Of a stretch of 64,000 bases of DNA, positions 8,100-18,271 are shown piece by piece. Source of the stretch: a virus. The stretch is taken from the IMG/VR virus record IMGVR_UViG_3300025701_000006, positions 1 to 64,000 of that record, one strand, 5' to 3'. Each line of letters starts with the position of its first letter. The first letter of the stretch is position 1. Below the pieces are notes generated by a model that saw only the letters and a program-made list of their open reading frames with translations, made no database searches and was not told the DNA's origin. A program made the translations under genes and the position numbers.

Positions 8100-10357
8100 G
8101 CATGCTAGCCCAGACTAAAGACCTTCTACAAAAAGAAGGAGCTTTTACTGGAGAACAAAACAAATACCTACAAAACGTAATAGAAGCTATTAGTTTTCCT
8201 ACAATCGACCCTAGAATGAAATCAGTTGTAGCAGTAGCCCAAATTACTGCTTTTGCTAGTCAGTTTAGACGTAATATTAAATTATGGGATGAGCATACAG
8301 AAGTACCTATTAATGCTATCTCATTTGTTATTACAGGCTCTGGCGCAGGTAAAGATTCTTCTGTAAAAGCAGCACGTAAATGCTTTAAAAGTGGTTACGC
8401 ATTACTAGAAGAAGTTGCGCACAAAAAAGCAATCACCCTAGCTATAGAAGAAGCTAAAGCAGAAGACCAGCCTAACCCTTCAGATGAAGCAATCTACAGA
8501 TGTTACTTAAAACCAGTACCACCAGTAGATATTATGCCAACTACAGGTCCTGGTCTTATTCAACACATTAACGACATCGGTGATATCGGTATCGGTTCAG
8601 GTTTTATGTACTCCGGCGAGTTCTCTGATGAGCTAGCGTACAACCAAGACATGGTAGAAAACATTAAAACTCTATCGGAAATCTACGACACTGGTGACAA
8701 AGAAGTAAAATACACCAAGTCTATAGAGTACCGCTCTAAAGCTATTACTGGTCAACCAGTTTCTGCTTTGTTTGTTGGTTCTCCAGGTCATATTCTTTAT
8801 GACGAAGGCACTAAGAAAAAATTTAACATTGCATTTATGTCAAAACTAGCTCGTCGTAGCTGGTTCTGCTATGCACCTGATAAAATTGAAGAAGAAGTTT
8901 TTGACGACCTAGAAGCTTTCTGGGAGTACGAAGAAAACATCGAAAACGAGTCTAAACATGCCCGTGTAGGTATGGATATGACAAGTCATGCTATTGCACA
9001 GCACCACCTAGACAAACTAGGGCAAGATATTGAAGTATCTAAGGACGTAGAGCGCCTGTATAAGACGTACAAGCGTTATAATAACGACGTGGCTGATATG
9101 TTGCCTAACCAGGAATCTACGTATGCGTTGATCCGTAGGCACCTACAATGGAAAGCATTGAAGCTAGCCGGTGCGTTTGCTGTAATGGACAAAGCTGATG
9201 AAATCACCCCAACTTACTTTATTGAAGCTATTCGTTTTTGCGAAACGCTAGATAAAGACATGGAAGAGTTCGAGCGTGACCTTAACAAGTCCCCTCATGA
9301 GTTACTAGTTGACTTCTTCCATACAAAAACACTAGTTGATGGTACATCAGAAATTAGTACCCATGACCTTAAAAAGCAAGGCTTTATGAACAACGTTTCT
9401 AAACCTAAGCTTAGAGAAATGGTGTCACTATGTGCAGGCTATGACAAAGACTCTGTCTACTCTATTATTAATGATGGTTCAGCTATTCATTACGAACCTA
9501 TTATTAAAACAGATGTAATTAACGTTACGTACAAAGAGATTGACTGTTCAGCTCTTAATGATGCTATTGCAACAGGTGATTACGATAAAGTACGACAAAC
9601 AAAGCACAACATCGCATCTACAACTAACTATGGTTTTGAATCTGCAGACACTACGTTTGCTGATCTACCTTTAATGCTAGAGCACGACTATGCATTTTCT
9701 CCTTTCCGTTTTAAAGACGGCGTAAGAAGGAAAGAAAATCTAGAGTCAGGCACTAAATGGGTAGTACTAGATATAGATGATTCACCATTGTCTGCTGAAG
9801 AAGCACACATGATGATTGGAGATATCAATCACCACATTGCTCTTACCAGTGACAATAATAATCAATTTAAATTTAGAGTGTTACTAGAACTAGATTCTGA
9901 AGTGCATCTTAATTCTATTGCTTGGAAACATTTCTATCTTAAGATTGCAGATGATTTAGGCTTAAAAGCAGATCCACTGCCGCAAGCACAAATATTCTAT
10001 TCATATGGTGGTAGAGATATCTATAGTAATACAGATTCTAGCCCTATAGAAACTCGTGATTACTTGATGTATGCAAAAGACATGGCATCAGATAGAGAAA
10101 CACAAAACAAAATTATGTCTACTGCACAAAAACGTGCACAGCTTAATGATCCTACAACTACTTTTGAATATGCATTTGAAGCTAGGTACGGTGAAGGTTC
10201 TCGTAATATGTATCGCATGATGAGACACGCACAGGACCTAGGTGCAAGCCAAGAAGAAGTTATACAGCTACTCGAAGACGTAAACAATTATTGGGAATCA
10301 CCAATGAATGAGGAACGTCTAGATAAACTTAAGGATCAAGGCCAAAGACTTTTCTAA
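8096..10357 (+). CDS. putative helicase-primase: N-terminal P-loop NTPase (DUF3987-like), C-terminal AEP-like primase
   Basis: TGSGAGKDS Walker A; WVVLDIDD (DxD), HHIALTS and KFRVLLEL prim-pol-like motifs; helical tail with GSRN. Confidence 0.6.
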   Translation: MSMLAQTKDLLQKEGAFTGEQNKYLQNVIEAISFPTIDPRMKSVVAVAQITAFASQFRRNIKLWDEHTEVPINAISFVITGSGAGKDSSVKAARKCFKSGYALLEEVAHKKAITLAIEEAKAEDQPNPSDEAIYRCYLKPVPPVDIMPTTGPGLIQHINDIGDIGIGSGFMYSGEFSDELAYNQDMVENIKTLSEIYDTGDKEVKYTKSIEYRSKAITGQPVSALFVGSPGHILYDEGTKKKFNIAFMSKLARRSWFCYAPDKIEEEVFDDLEAFWEYEENIENESKHARVGMDMTSHAIAQHHLDKLGQDIEVSKDVERLYKTYKRYNNDVADMLPNQESTYALIRRHLQWKALKLAGAFAVMDKADEITPTYFIEAIRFCETLDKDMEEFERDLNKSPHELLVDFFHTKTLVDGTSEISTHDLKKQGFMNNVSKPKLREMVSLCAGYDKDSVYSIINDGSAIHYEPIIKTDVINVTYKEIDCSALNDAIATGDYDKVRQTKHNIASTTNYGFESADTTFADLPLMLEHDYAFSPFRFKDGVRRKENLESGTKWVVLDIDDSPLSAEEAHMMIGDINHHIALTSDNNNQFKFRVLLELDSEVHLNSIAWKHFYLKIADDLGLKADPLPQAQIFYSYGGRDIYSNTDSSPIETRDYLMYAKDMASDRETQNKIMSTAQKRAQLNDPTTTFEYAFEARYGEGSRNMYRMMRHAQDLGASQEEVIQLLEDVNNYWESPMNEERLDKLKDQGQRLF

Positions 10358-10369
10358 CAGGAAAATAAT

Positions 10370-12484
10370 ATGATTCAACAAGAATACAAAAACAACGTAA
10401 AAGAAGTAAGCTCACAAGTAAAGACTACAGGCTTCAATATTGAAGTAAATGAGTCTATGTTTCAAATGCTTACATCTAATATCTACAATGACCCAATGCT
10501 AGCAGTTATACGTGAGTGGTCTACAAACGCTTGTGACGCCTGCATAGCAGCAAATAAGCCAGTAGACTTCTTTGTACACTTGCCTACCCCAGAAAATCCT
10601 ACGTTCTACGTAAGAGACTATGGTACAGGCCTAGCACCAGAAAACATTGAAGGATTGTTTAGTAATCTAGGTGCATCTACAAAACGAGACTCTAACGACT
10701 TTAATGGTACATTAGGTATCGGTCGTATGGCAGGTCTTGCAGTAGCTGATGCATTTACTGTTGAATCATATTATGAAGGAACTCATTATTCTTACGTAAT
10801 TAGTATGCAGAATGGTATTCCTGTAACATTACATATGGGAAATACTGTTACACAAGAAAGCAACGGTCTTAAACTTTCTATAGCAGTAAGTAGAGATGAT
10901 ATTTTTAAATATGAAGAAAAAGCAGTAGAGCTTTATAAGTATTTTGACCATAAACCTACTACTAATAAAACAGATCTTAACTTTGATTTAGAAGTAAGTA
11001 GTGTTTCATCCGATGAATGGTATATAAAAAAATCAACTAGTAGGTATAACAGAGATAACTACGTAGTAATGTCTCAAATTGCATATAAAATAGGAACAAA
11101 CTCCGCAATTGAAGATCATGGATTTTCTAACGCAGTTATAAAAGCACCGCCAGGAGCTGTAACATTTAACCCTGGCAGAGAATCTCTTTCTTTAGATAAA
11201 AAAACTATTGAATATGTAAATAAAAAATTCAACCAAATTAAAGAAGAGTATACGCATGAAGCTATACTTGCTATGGCAGCAACAGAAAATGATATAAAGC
11301 TGTATGAAAAATACCAAGAACTTGTAGATAAAGCTCCTCATGGGATTGGTAAAGACTTATGTATAGAAGCATTTGCATCTAAAGCGTATACATCTTTATT
11401 TATGGAACAGAACCCTAGCTTTTATTTCTATAATGGAAATAAATTTCAACGGTTACAAGAAAATACAGCTTTTTATAGTTACACAAACAGTACTATAACT
11501 GGTTATTACAAAGAGCCAAATCATGTAAAAACAAAATCATTATCAAATATAGTAGTAGGAACATCAAAATTTTTTTCTGCTTCACATGTAATAGTAGATG
11601 TAAAATCAAACTATATAGAAGCATTAAAGCATGCCTATGAAAACAAACCTATGGTTAAATGGCAAAGATACGACAAAAACACTGATTTACTAGTTGCAGT
11701 ACAAACAGCTAAAGATTTCTTAAGCGAAATGGGTATATCATATGTTTTAGCTTCTACTTTATTAGAAGTTTATGAAAAAGAAGCACCTAAAGAAGAAAAA
11801 AAAGTTAGGCTAGCAGAAAATACTTATATCTCTAGTGTAGACAAAGCAGGTAATGTATATAATTCTGCTTATACATCTAAAGAAGAAATAGAGACTGGTA
11901 CATTTCTATATTTAAAACTTAGCAATACTACACCAGTAATAAAAAATACCTCATTAAGTTTTTATGACTACATTAATATTTACACTTTGCTTAAAAGTGT
12001 CTGCAAAGACACAGTAATACCTAAAATAAAAGGTGTAGCTAAAAAATACCAACATGTAGTAAACGACTTAGATAATTGGATAGATTTTGAAACTTATATA
12101 GAAGAAAAAGTAAAAAATACTACTATAAGAGTTCCATCACCTGTTGTATTACCTAGGGTAAGCGCTACGTATATTAATAGCGAAACCTGTAAAGATTTTC
12201 CTGTAGCTGTACAAGATTATTATACAGAAATTAGAGACTATAGAGAATTTATGAACTCAGACCAGTTTGTCAGAGACTACACGCTAATAGAGCTATTTAA
12301 AACTTTTGGAGGTTCTACAATTAACTATCAACCTACAAAAGATGTAGATATGGAGTACTTAGAGACAGTGTATGGAAAGACAATGCTATTAATGCACGAA
12401 CCTTATTCGTTAGAACAACTTCCGGATACGTTTTTACTAGATATAGCAAAGTTAGAGGAAAATTATGCAATACATAAAACTTAG
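10370..12484 (+). CDS. rIIA-like protein (GHKL ATPase N-terminus)
   Basis: IYNDPMLAVIREWSTNACDA, VRDYGTGL, STKRDSNDFNGTLGIG, NPGRESLS. Confidence 0.85.
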   Translation: MIQQEYKNNVKEVSSQVKTTGFNIEVNESMFQMLTSNIYNDPMLAVIREWSTNACDACIAANKPVDFFVHLPTPENPTFYVRDYGTGLAPENIEGLFSNLGASTKRDSNDFNGTLGIGRMAGLAVADAFTVESYYEGTHYSYVISMQNGIPVTLHMGNTVTQESNGLKLSIAVSRDDIFKYEEKAVELYKYFDHKPTTNKTDLNFDLEVSSVSSDEWYIKKSTSRYNRDNYVVMSQIAYKIGTNSAIEDHGFSNAVIKAPPGAVTFNPGRESLSLDKKTIEYVNKKFNQIKEEYTHEAILAMAATENDIKLYEKYQELVDKAPHGIGKDLCIEAFASKAYTSLFMEQNPSFYFYNGNKFQRLQENTAFYSYTNSTITGYYKEPNHVKTKSLSNIVVGTSKFFSASHVIVDVKSNYIEALKHAYENKPMVKWQRYDKNTDLLVAVQTAKDFLSEMGISYVLASTLLEVYEKEAPKEEKKVRLAENTYISSVDKAGNVYNSAYTSKEEIETGTFLYLKLSNTTPVIKNTSLSFYDYINIYTLLKSVCKDTVIPKIKGVAKKYQHVVNDLDNWIDFETYIEEKVKNTTIRVPSPVVLPRVSATYINSETCKDFPVAVQDYYTEIRDYREFMNSDQFVRDYTLIELFKTFGGSTINYQPTKDVDMEYLETVYGKTMLLMHEPYSLEQLPDTFLLDIAKLEENYAIHKT

Positions 12485-12833
12485 TAACGATTCTTTTGCT
12501 ATTGCAACTAGTCAAGGAATGTACACATTAACTCGTCAGTCTTTTAATTTTAATAAGCTGCAAAGGTTGTTAAAAGAAGAAACAGACGAAGAAGCAGTAC
12601 TGGAATTGCTGCAGCCTGTAGATACAAAAGAAGGAGTATACGAGCTCTTTCTTACTGCACTAGATATACTGTATTACATACATTACGTAGGAACAAATAC
12701 AGAAGTAAAAATTTTATCTGATAGCTCTCCAGATTCTCCTGATTGTATTGTTACTCCTAAAGTCCATAAACTTTTAGGAGTATACACAAGTAAACAAGAT
12801 ATGATAGAAGACTGGCCAGAATATTTATTATAG
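12465..12833 (+). CDS. short protein in the rIIB position, possibly an rIIB N-terminal remnant
   Basis: Overlaps the rIIA end; only 122 aa. Confidence 0.45.
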   Translation: MQYIKLSNDSFAIATSQGMYTLTRQSFNFNKLQRLLKEETDEEAVLELLQPVDTKEGVYELFLTALDILYYIHYVGTNTEVKILSDSSPDSPDCIVTPKVHKLLGVYTSKQDMIEDWPEYLL

Positions 12834-12841
12834 GAATAGAT

Positions 12842-13651
12842 ATGACACAAAAAAATTATTTTGCCTACAATGTAGGTAAAGACATAACAAAAAACGCTTT
12901 TAGAATCGGCGCTTCACAAGTAAGTAAATTTTTCGATAGTACTGCAAATTGGTACCGAGAGCACCTACTTGGCGAAGAAGGATTTATAGGAAATACGGCA
13001 TCACACCTAGGTACTGTAGTACACGCAGGTATTGAGATGTTTGTAGAGACAGGAGAAGTAGACTATCAAGCTATTGAAGACTACGTACTGTCTATAGAAA
13101 ATCCAGAAGTAGATCAACAGCACATACTATCTCAGTATGGACCCATGCTAGATGTAGCTCTGCCTTTTGTAATGCAAAATATGCCAGACAAAGTAGAAGA
13201 ATTTGTCTTTCATGAAATACTTCCAGGAATTGGTGCTGGAGGCTCTATTGATGCCTTACGCGGCAATTCTATTATGGATTGGAAAACTACATCTGCAAAA
13301 ACTTTACCCACTAAATTTACTCGTAGTTACTGGTTTCAGCAAATGACGTATGCGTGGGTCTTAAAACAGCAAGGCCGCACAATAGACTACATAAAACTAG
13401 TGTATATTAGTAAGAATGAGACGGGCAGAGTAAGTGAAAAAACAGGCAAACCCCTAAAAGACTATCCGTCACAGATTAGCGTAGTCACAGAAGAAGTAAC
13501 AGAGGAAGGACTAGATCTTATAGGGTCTTGTCTAAAACTTATTGCAGAATCTGTACATACATGGAATGAAAACGAAGAATTAAGACACTTACTTGCACAA
13601 GATATGCGTCTTAAAGCTAAACCTAAACCTGTATTGTTTATAAAGGAGTAA
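12842..13651 (+). CDS. PD-(D/E)XK exonuclease
   Basis: IGASQ, GTVVH, GSIDAL...MDWKT, QQMTYAW. Confidence 0.8.
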   Translation: MTQKNYFAYNVGKDITKNAFRIGASQVSKFFDSTANWYREHLLGEEGFIGNTASHLGTVVHAGIEMFVETGEVDYQAIEDYVLSIENPEVDQQHILSQYGPMLDVALPFVMQNMPDKVEEFVFHEILPGIGAGGSIDALRGNSIMDWKTTSAKTLPTKFTRSYWFQQMTYAWVLKQQGRTIDYIKLVYISKNETGRVSEKTGKPLKDYPSQISVVTEEVTEEGLDLIGSCLKLIAESVHTWNENEELRHLLAQDMRLKAKPKPVLFIKE

Positions 13652-13654
13652 ACT

Positions 13655-14146
13655 ATGAACTTAAACCTTGATACACCTGAAGATATTATTAAATATTTAG
13701 ACTTTTCACGTAATAAAGGCCAACTAGAGGCTGTAGTTACGACTTTAGTGCCGCATGTTGCAGTACCAAAACAAGACATTGAAGCTTACATATACTTTTG
13801 CTCCTCTGCTTCACACCCTGCTGAATACATTGCAGAAGAAGAAGAATTTGTACGAGACCCTGTACAAGAAGTAGCAAAGAAAAAAGGTTCTTCTAATGCT
13901 TCACCGCTTCTTGCCGTGAAAACAAAAAAACGTAACCAAGAAAAGGATAAATATCCAAATCTTAATAATCGTTGGGAAAAGAAAGAACTGGTAAGACTAA
14001 AAAACTTAATTAACGCTGGCGAAGATCTAGATGTAATAGCAAACAGGCTACAACGATCACCTAAATCAGTAACAACAAAAGCGTGGCATGAATTTAGTAT
14101 TACATTTGCTACAACTACAAACGAATGGAAATACAAACCCCGATAG
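13655..14146 (+). CDS. hypothetical protein with C-terminal HTH
   Basis: RWEKKELVRL...IANRLQRSPKSV. Confidence 0.55.
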   Translation: MNLNLDTPEDIIKYLDFSRNKGQLEAVVTTLVPHVAVPKQDIEAYIYFCSSASHPAEYIAEEEEFVRDPVQEVAKKKGSSNASPLLAVKTKKRNQEKDKYPNLNNRWEKKELVRLKNLINAGEDLDVIANRLQRSPKSVTTKAWHEFSITFATTTNEWKYKPR

Positions 14147-14155
14147 GAGTATATA

Positions 14156-14818
14156 ATGGCAGTAAAAATCTTAATATCAGCAGAAGCCAACTCAGGCAAA
14201 ACAACGCTGACAAAAAACTTAGAAAATTCTTTAGTTGTAAGTCACGACGGTAAACGTTACCCGTTTCCTGTCCCTCATGTACTTGTACCTGGTTTCGATA
14301 ATGTTCAAGAACTTATTGATACTACGATACAAAAAATTGAAGCATACAACGAAAAATTTAATGCATACCCAGATACTATCGTATTCGACTCTGTATCTAA
14401 AATATTTGACACTATTCATGCTAACTGTAATGAAAAATACAAAGGTTTTGTTATTTACAGTGAACTAGACAAAGAGATTGTAGCATTTACATCTTTTATC
14501 GAGAACTCACTGATTGCAAGTAACATGAACGTTGTTCTTATTTCTCACGCATTGTATGACAGCGATACAGCTAAATACAATCTAGTGGGTAAAGGTTCTT
14601 TTGCAAAACGTGGTGGTTTCTTAGCAGAAGTAGATGAAGCTATATTTATTGAAGTTAAAAGCAATAAAAGAACAGTACATCTTCGATCTACTAAACTACC
14701 TGCACGTTCTCTGCAAGAAGACTTGCCAGACAATGTAGTAGTTGATGACTTCAACTTACAACAACACATTGAACACTTGGCAAAAAATGCAAGCACTGTC
14801 GACGACTTTGCTCTGTAA
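14156..14818 (+). CDS. AAA_24 / Sak4-like P-loop NTPase
   Basis: AEANSGKTT, IVFDSVS, VLISH; lies between the nuclease and SSB. Confidence 0.75.
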   Translation: MAVKILISAEANSGKTTLTKNLENSLVVSHDGKRYPFPVPHVLVPGFDNVQELIDTTIQKIEAYNEKFNAYPDTIVFDSVSKIFDTIHANCNEKYKGFVIYSELDKEIVAFTSFIENSLIASNMNVVLISHALYDSDTAKYNLVGKGSFAKRGGFLAEVDEAIFIEVKSNKRTVHLRSTKLPARSLQEDLPDNVVVDDFNLQQHIEHLAKNASTVDDFAL

Positions 14819-14875
14819 AAACTAGGGGGAATAGTCCCCCGCATTTATTATTAAACAACAAAAGGAAATAACACT

Positions 14876-15553
14876 GTGAAATTAACGGTATCCAAAAAAC
14901 AAGACGCTATCAAAGACGGTGGCAACGGCGGCAGCTTAATCAATAAATCTGGTATTTATGATGTTGTCTTAAACTACGTACAAATTGCTGAAACCAAAAA
15001 TGGTGCATATCAGCTTAACTTTAACGTAACTAATGAAGGCATGAGCCAAACTATTTGGGGTCCAATCCTCTTAAATAAAGACGGTCGTGTTAACGAAATC
15101 ACCCAAGGCTTGCTAAATCGCTTATGCATTATTGCAGGCATGGATGATGGTCAAGACATCGAAACAGAAACTCAAGAGTTTCCAGTAGGTCGTGACCAAA
15201 AAATGACTGAAATGGAAATTATCCCTGAGCTAATGGACATTCCAGTAAAAATGCGTGTGCAAATGGAATATTCTTTGTATAATGATGCATTGCAAGAAAG
15301 AAAAGCAATAAAAGCATTCTATCGCGAAGATGGAGCAACTGCTGCCGAAGCCGAAAGCGGTGAAAACATCGGTAGTCGTTTAGCTACAGATCAAGAGAAG
15401 TATGCGGACAACGTTACTTACAAAGATGGCCTAACTGAAGAAGCCGTAGCGGAGCTTATCAAAGAAAAAATTGATGCAGCAAAGTCAGGATCTTCTGCAC
15501 CAGCAGCAAAGCCTAAAGCTACACAAGCAAAACGCCCTTTGTTTGGTAAGTAA
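14876..15553 (+). CDS. single-stranded DNA-binding protein (N4 SSB/DUF669-like)
   Basis: GTG start with AAGGA SD; SGIYDV beta-rich fold; Ala/Lys tail ending KRPLFGK; gene context. Confidence 0.6.
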   Translation: MKLTVSKKQDAIKDGGNGGSLINKSGIYDVVLNYVQIAETKNGAYQLNFNVTNEGMSQTIWGPILLNKDGRVNEITQGLLNRLCIIAGMDDGQDIETETQEFPVGRDQKMTEMEIIPELMDIPVKMRVQMEYSLYNDALQERKAIKAFYREDGATAAEAESGENIGSRLATDQEKYADNVTYKDGLTEEAVAELIKEKIDAAKSGSSAPAAKPKATQAKRPLFGK

Positions 15554-15585
15554 TAAAATACTAACTTAAACGTAAGGAGCCCAGC

Positions 15586-16734
15586 ATGGCTAAGATAAGT
15601 GACAGCGCAATGGTTAAGCTGTGTAACAAGTTCTCTTTAGATGTATCTAAAATAGCAGAACAGATAAAGAAAGATTATCCAGGTTACATAGTAAGACCTA
15701 ACCGCATCGCCAAAAGAATCAACTCGCTGCGTACCAAAGGTAAGCTACCGTTAGATTCTGGAAACTACGTAAGTAGTGGCGAAGTCCTTAAAGGATCATC
15801 TACATTATACGACGATGAAGGCAATGTTAAACTTCAGTGGGTAAAAACAGATATAGATAAACAAACTGCGATAGATAATATCAAAGAATGGATAGATACG
15901 TGTGTTGAAAACCTGCCTAAGTTTAAAAAGAAAAACTACGAAGTGTCTAACACATCTAGTGACTTACTTGCTATTTATCCTCTTGGCGACCCTCATGTAG
16001 GGATGAAAGCGTATAAAGATGAAGCTGGTGACAATTGGGATTTAAACACCGCACAAGAAGTATTTTGTGGGGTGTTTGACAGGCTTGTAAAGACAGCTCC
16101 TCATTGCAAAGAGGCAATCATTGTTAATCTAGGTGACTACTTTCATAGAGATAACGTAGCTGGCGTAACAGAGCGCAGTGGACATAAACTGGACTCTGAC
16201 GGCAACTACCTCATGATGGTAGACACTGGCATAAAGATTATGATTCAAATGATTAATTCCGCACTTGAGCATCACGAAGTGGTCAAAGTAATTACTATTA
16301 TAGGTAATCACGATGATACTGGAGCTATGTTCTTGCAAGCAGCGTTAAAACATATGTATGCAAACGAACCACGAGTAAATATTGAGTGTACTGCTTCAGT
16401 ATTCCAGTATTTCCAACATGGTAAGTGCTTCTTTGGAGTACATCATGGACACACTTGTAAAGCAGACAAGCTACCACTAGTTATGGCAACAGATAGACCA
16501 AAAGAGTGGGGAAATTCCTCATTCCGTTACTGGCTAACTGGGCATATCCATCATGACAGCAAAAAAGAATACTCTGGATGTTCCGTGGAATCATTCAGGA
16601 CTCTCGCAGCTAAAGATGCTTATGCATATAACGGTGGCTATAGAGCTGGACAAGACAGTAAAGCCTTGGTAATACACAAAGAGTTTGGTGAAATTGAAAG
16701 ACACACTATCAATATAGCCCAAGTACTACCATAA
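15586..16734 (+). CDS. calcineurin-like metallophosphoesterase
   Basis: GDPHVG, LGDYFH, IGNHD, HHGH and GHIHH motifs. Confidence 0.85.
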   Translation: MAKISDSAMVKLCNKFSLDVSKIAEQIKKDYPGYIVRPNRIAKRINSLRTKGKLPLDSGNYVSSGEVLKGSSTLYDDEGNVKLQWVKTDIDKQTAIDNIKEWIDTCVENLPKFKKKNYEVSNTSSDLLAIYPLGDPHVGMKAYKDEAGDNWDLNTAQEVFCGVFDRLVKTAPHCKEAIIVNLGDYFHRDNVAGVTERSGHKLDSDGNYLMMVDTGIKIMIQMINSALEHHEVVKVITIIGNHDDTGAMFLQAALKHMYANEPRVNIECTASVFQYFQHGKCFFGVHHGHTCKADKLPLVMATDRPKEWGNSSFRYWLTGHIHHDSKKEYSGCSVESFRTLAAKDAYAYNGGYRAGQDSKALVIHKEFGEIERHTINIAQVLP

Positions 16735-16752
16735 GTTTTAACTTCCCTGTGT

Positions 16753-16776
16753 AAAGCCCTCTTATGAGGGCTTTTT
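16753..16776 (+). terminator. intrinsic terminator
   Basis: AAAGCCCTC-ttat-GAGGGCTTTTT. Confidence 0.8.
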
Positions 16777-16785
16777 ACATTATAC

Positions 16786-16812
16786 TAATAATAATAATAA
16801 TAATAATAATAA
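16786..16812. repeat. (TAA)9 trinucleotide microsatellite
   Basis: Nine perfect TAA units between the terminator and the helicase start. Confidence 0.95.
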
Positions 16813-16827
16813 ATCGGAACTTCTTAA

Positions 16828-18261
16828 ATGAACCTAACTGAAGAACAACAAAACGTAGTAAATTACATTGAAAACATCACAGAGCCAGAACTAGTGCTTA
16901 TAGACTCTGTTGCAGGCAGCGGCAAGACTACGTTACTTACAGCTATAGCAAAAGAAGCCCCATTACCAAACAGCCTGTACCTTGCTTACAATAAAGCTAT
17001 TGCAACTAGTTCCAAGAAAAAATTTCCTTCATACGTAGATTGTCGTACTACACATTCTCTTGCGTATGGAAAAGTAGTGCACCCTAAAGACTTAAATGTA
17101 GGTTTTTTTGGTCCTAAAATGGTTAAAGAAAAAATGCCATTCTCTAATAAAGTAATGTTAGCAGAAGACATTAGAGAATTTTGCTTATCTTCTTATCTTA
17201 CTTACGAAGAATATGCAGAAGCAAACAACAGAGTAAACACTGCAATGGCTAAGCGCTATCTAGGGCTAATGGGCAGTGGAGCAATTGAATGTACTCATGA
17301 CTTCTATCTAAAAGAGTTTCATAAAGACCTTGCAAGTGGTAGCATCAAACTAAAACCTTATGGTGTAGTTATGCTAGACGAAGCAGGAGATCTAAACGAA
17401 GTCACACTAGAAATATTTAAACTACTACCTGCAAGTATTAAAATTGCAGTTGGTGACCCTTACCAAAACATATACTCTTTTAACTACACTATTAACTGTT
17501 TTGATAGGTTAAAAGACCAAGGTACTACCTTCAAACTGTCTAAGTCTTTTCGTGTGCCAACACACATTGCTTCGGCAGTACAAAACTTCTGTCAAAACTA
17601 CTTAAATCCTGACATGGAGTTTGAAGGTATCGAAAGCGACAAGACGGATATTAAAACTAGGGGTTATATCTCTAGGACAAATGCTGGTCTGATCAATAAG
17701 ATTATAGAACTTAATGATGACAATACCCCTTATGGGCTAGTAAGAAAAGCTAATATCATATTTAATACGCCTCTTATGGTATCGTCCCTTAAATACCAAG
17801 GCAAAGTTACAGACACTGCCTATCTACATCTGCAAGAAGATGTTAATGACTGGTTTGAAAACAAAGATGGTATTAAAACTAGTAATCCAAACATGTTAAA
17901 CTATTTGCGTAAAAAGTATGATGAAGATATCCAGTTAGTGCAGGCTATTAATTTAGTGATTAAGCACGGAAAAAATGGTATTTTTAATGCGTACTACAAA
18001 GCTAAAAACCATGAAAACAAAAAACATGCTTTTACGCTACTTACAGCACATTCTTCTAAAGGTCTAGAATTTGACGAAGTAACTTTTGCTCCTGATATGA
18101 ATACTTCAGTAGAAAAAATTATAGAAGATATAACAAGAGGACAGATTACAGGTGACAGTGATATTTCTGATCTAACCGTACAAGAAAGAGAATCTTTAAA
18201 CCTTTACTACGTAGCGGCTACAAGAGCTCTAGTGAGGCTTAATAACGCAGCTTATTTATAG
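16828..18261 (+). CDS. superfamily 1 (UvrD/Rep-like) helicase
   Basis: VAGSGKTT, YLAYNK, MLDEAGD, VGDPYQNIY, LSKSFR, TAHSSKGLEFD, LYYVAATRA. Confidence 0.92.
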   Translation: MNLTEEQQNVVNYIENITEPELVLIDSVAGSGKTTLLTAIAKEAPLPNSLYLAYNKAIATSSKKKFPSYVDCRTTHSLAYGKVVHPKDLNVGFFGPKMVKEKMPFSNKVMLAEDIREFCLSSYLTYEEYAEANNRVNTAMAKRYLGLMGSGAIECTHDFYLKEFHKDLASGSIKLKPYGVVMLDEAGDLNEVTLEIFKLLPASIKIAVGDPYQNIYSFNYTINCFDRLKDQGTTFKLSKSFRVPTHIASAVQNFCQNYLNPDMEFEGIESDKTDIKTRGYISRTNAGLINKIIELNDDNTPYGLVRKANIIFNTPLMVSSLKYQGKVTDTAYLHLQEDVNDWFENKDGIKTSNPNMLNYLRKKYDEDIQLVQAINLVIKHGKNGIFNAYYKAKNHENKKHAFTLLTAHSSKGLEFDEVTFAPDMNTSVEKIIEDITRGQITGDSDISDLTVQERESLNLYYVAATRALVRLNNAAYL

Positions 18262-18271
18262 GTAATTACCA

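Noticed and set aside
14825-14842. GGGGGA-atag-TCCCCC hairpin as a terminator or vRNAP hairpin promoter
   Set aside because: It has no U tract directly after the stem, and it lacks the 3-nt-loop form and early-region location of N4 vRNAP promoters. It is more likely an mRNA stability or processing stem.
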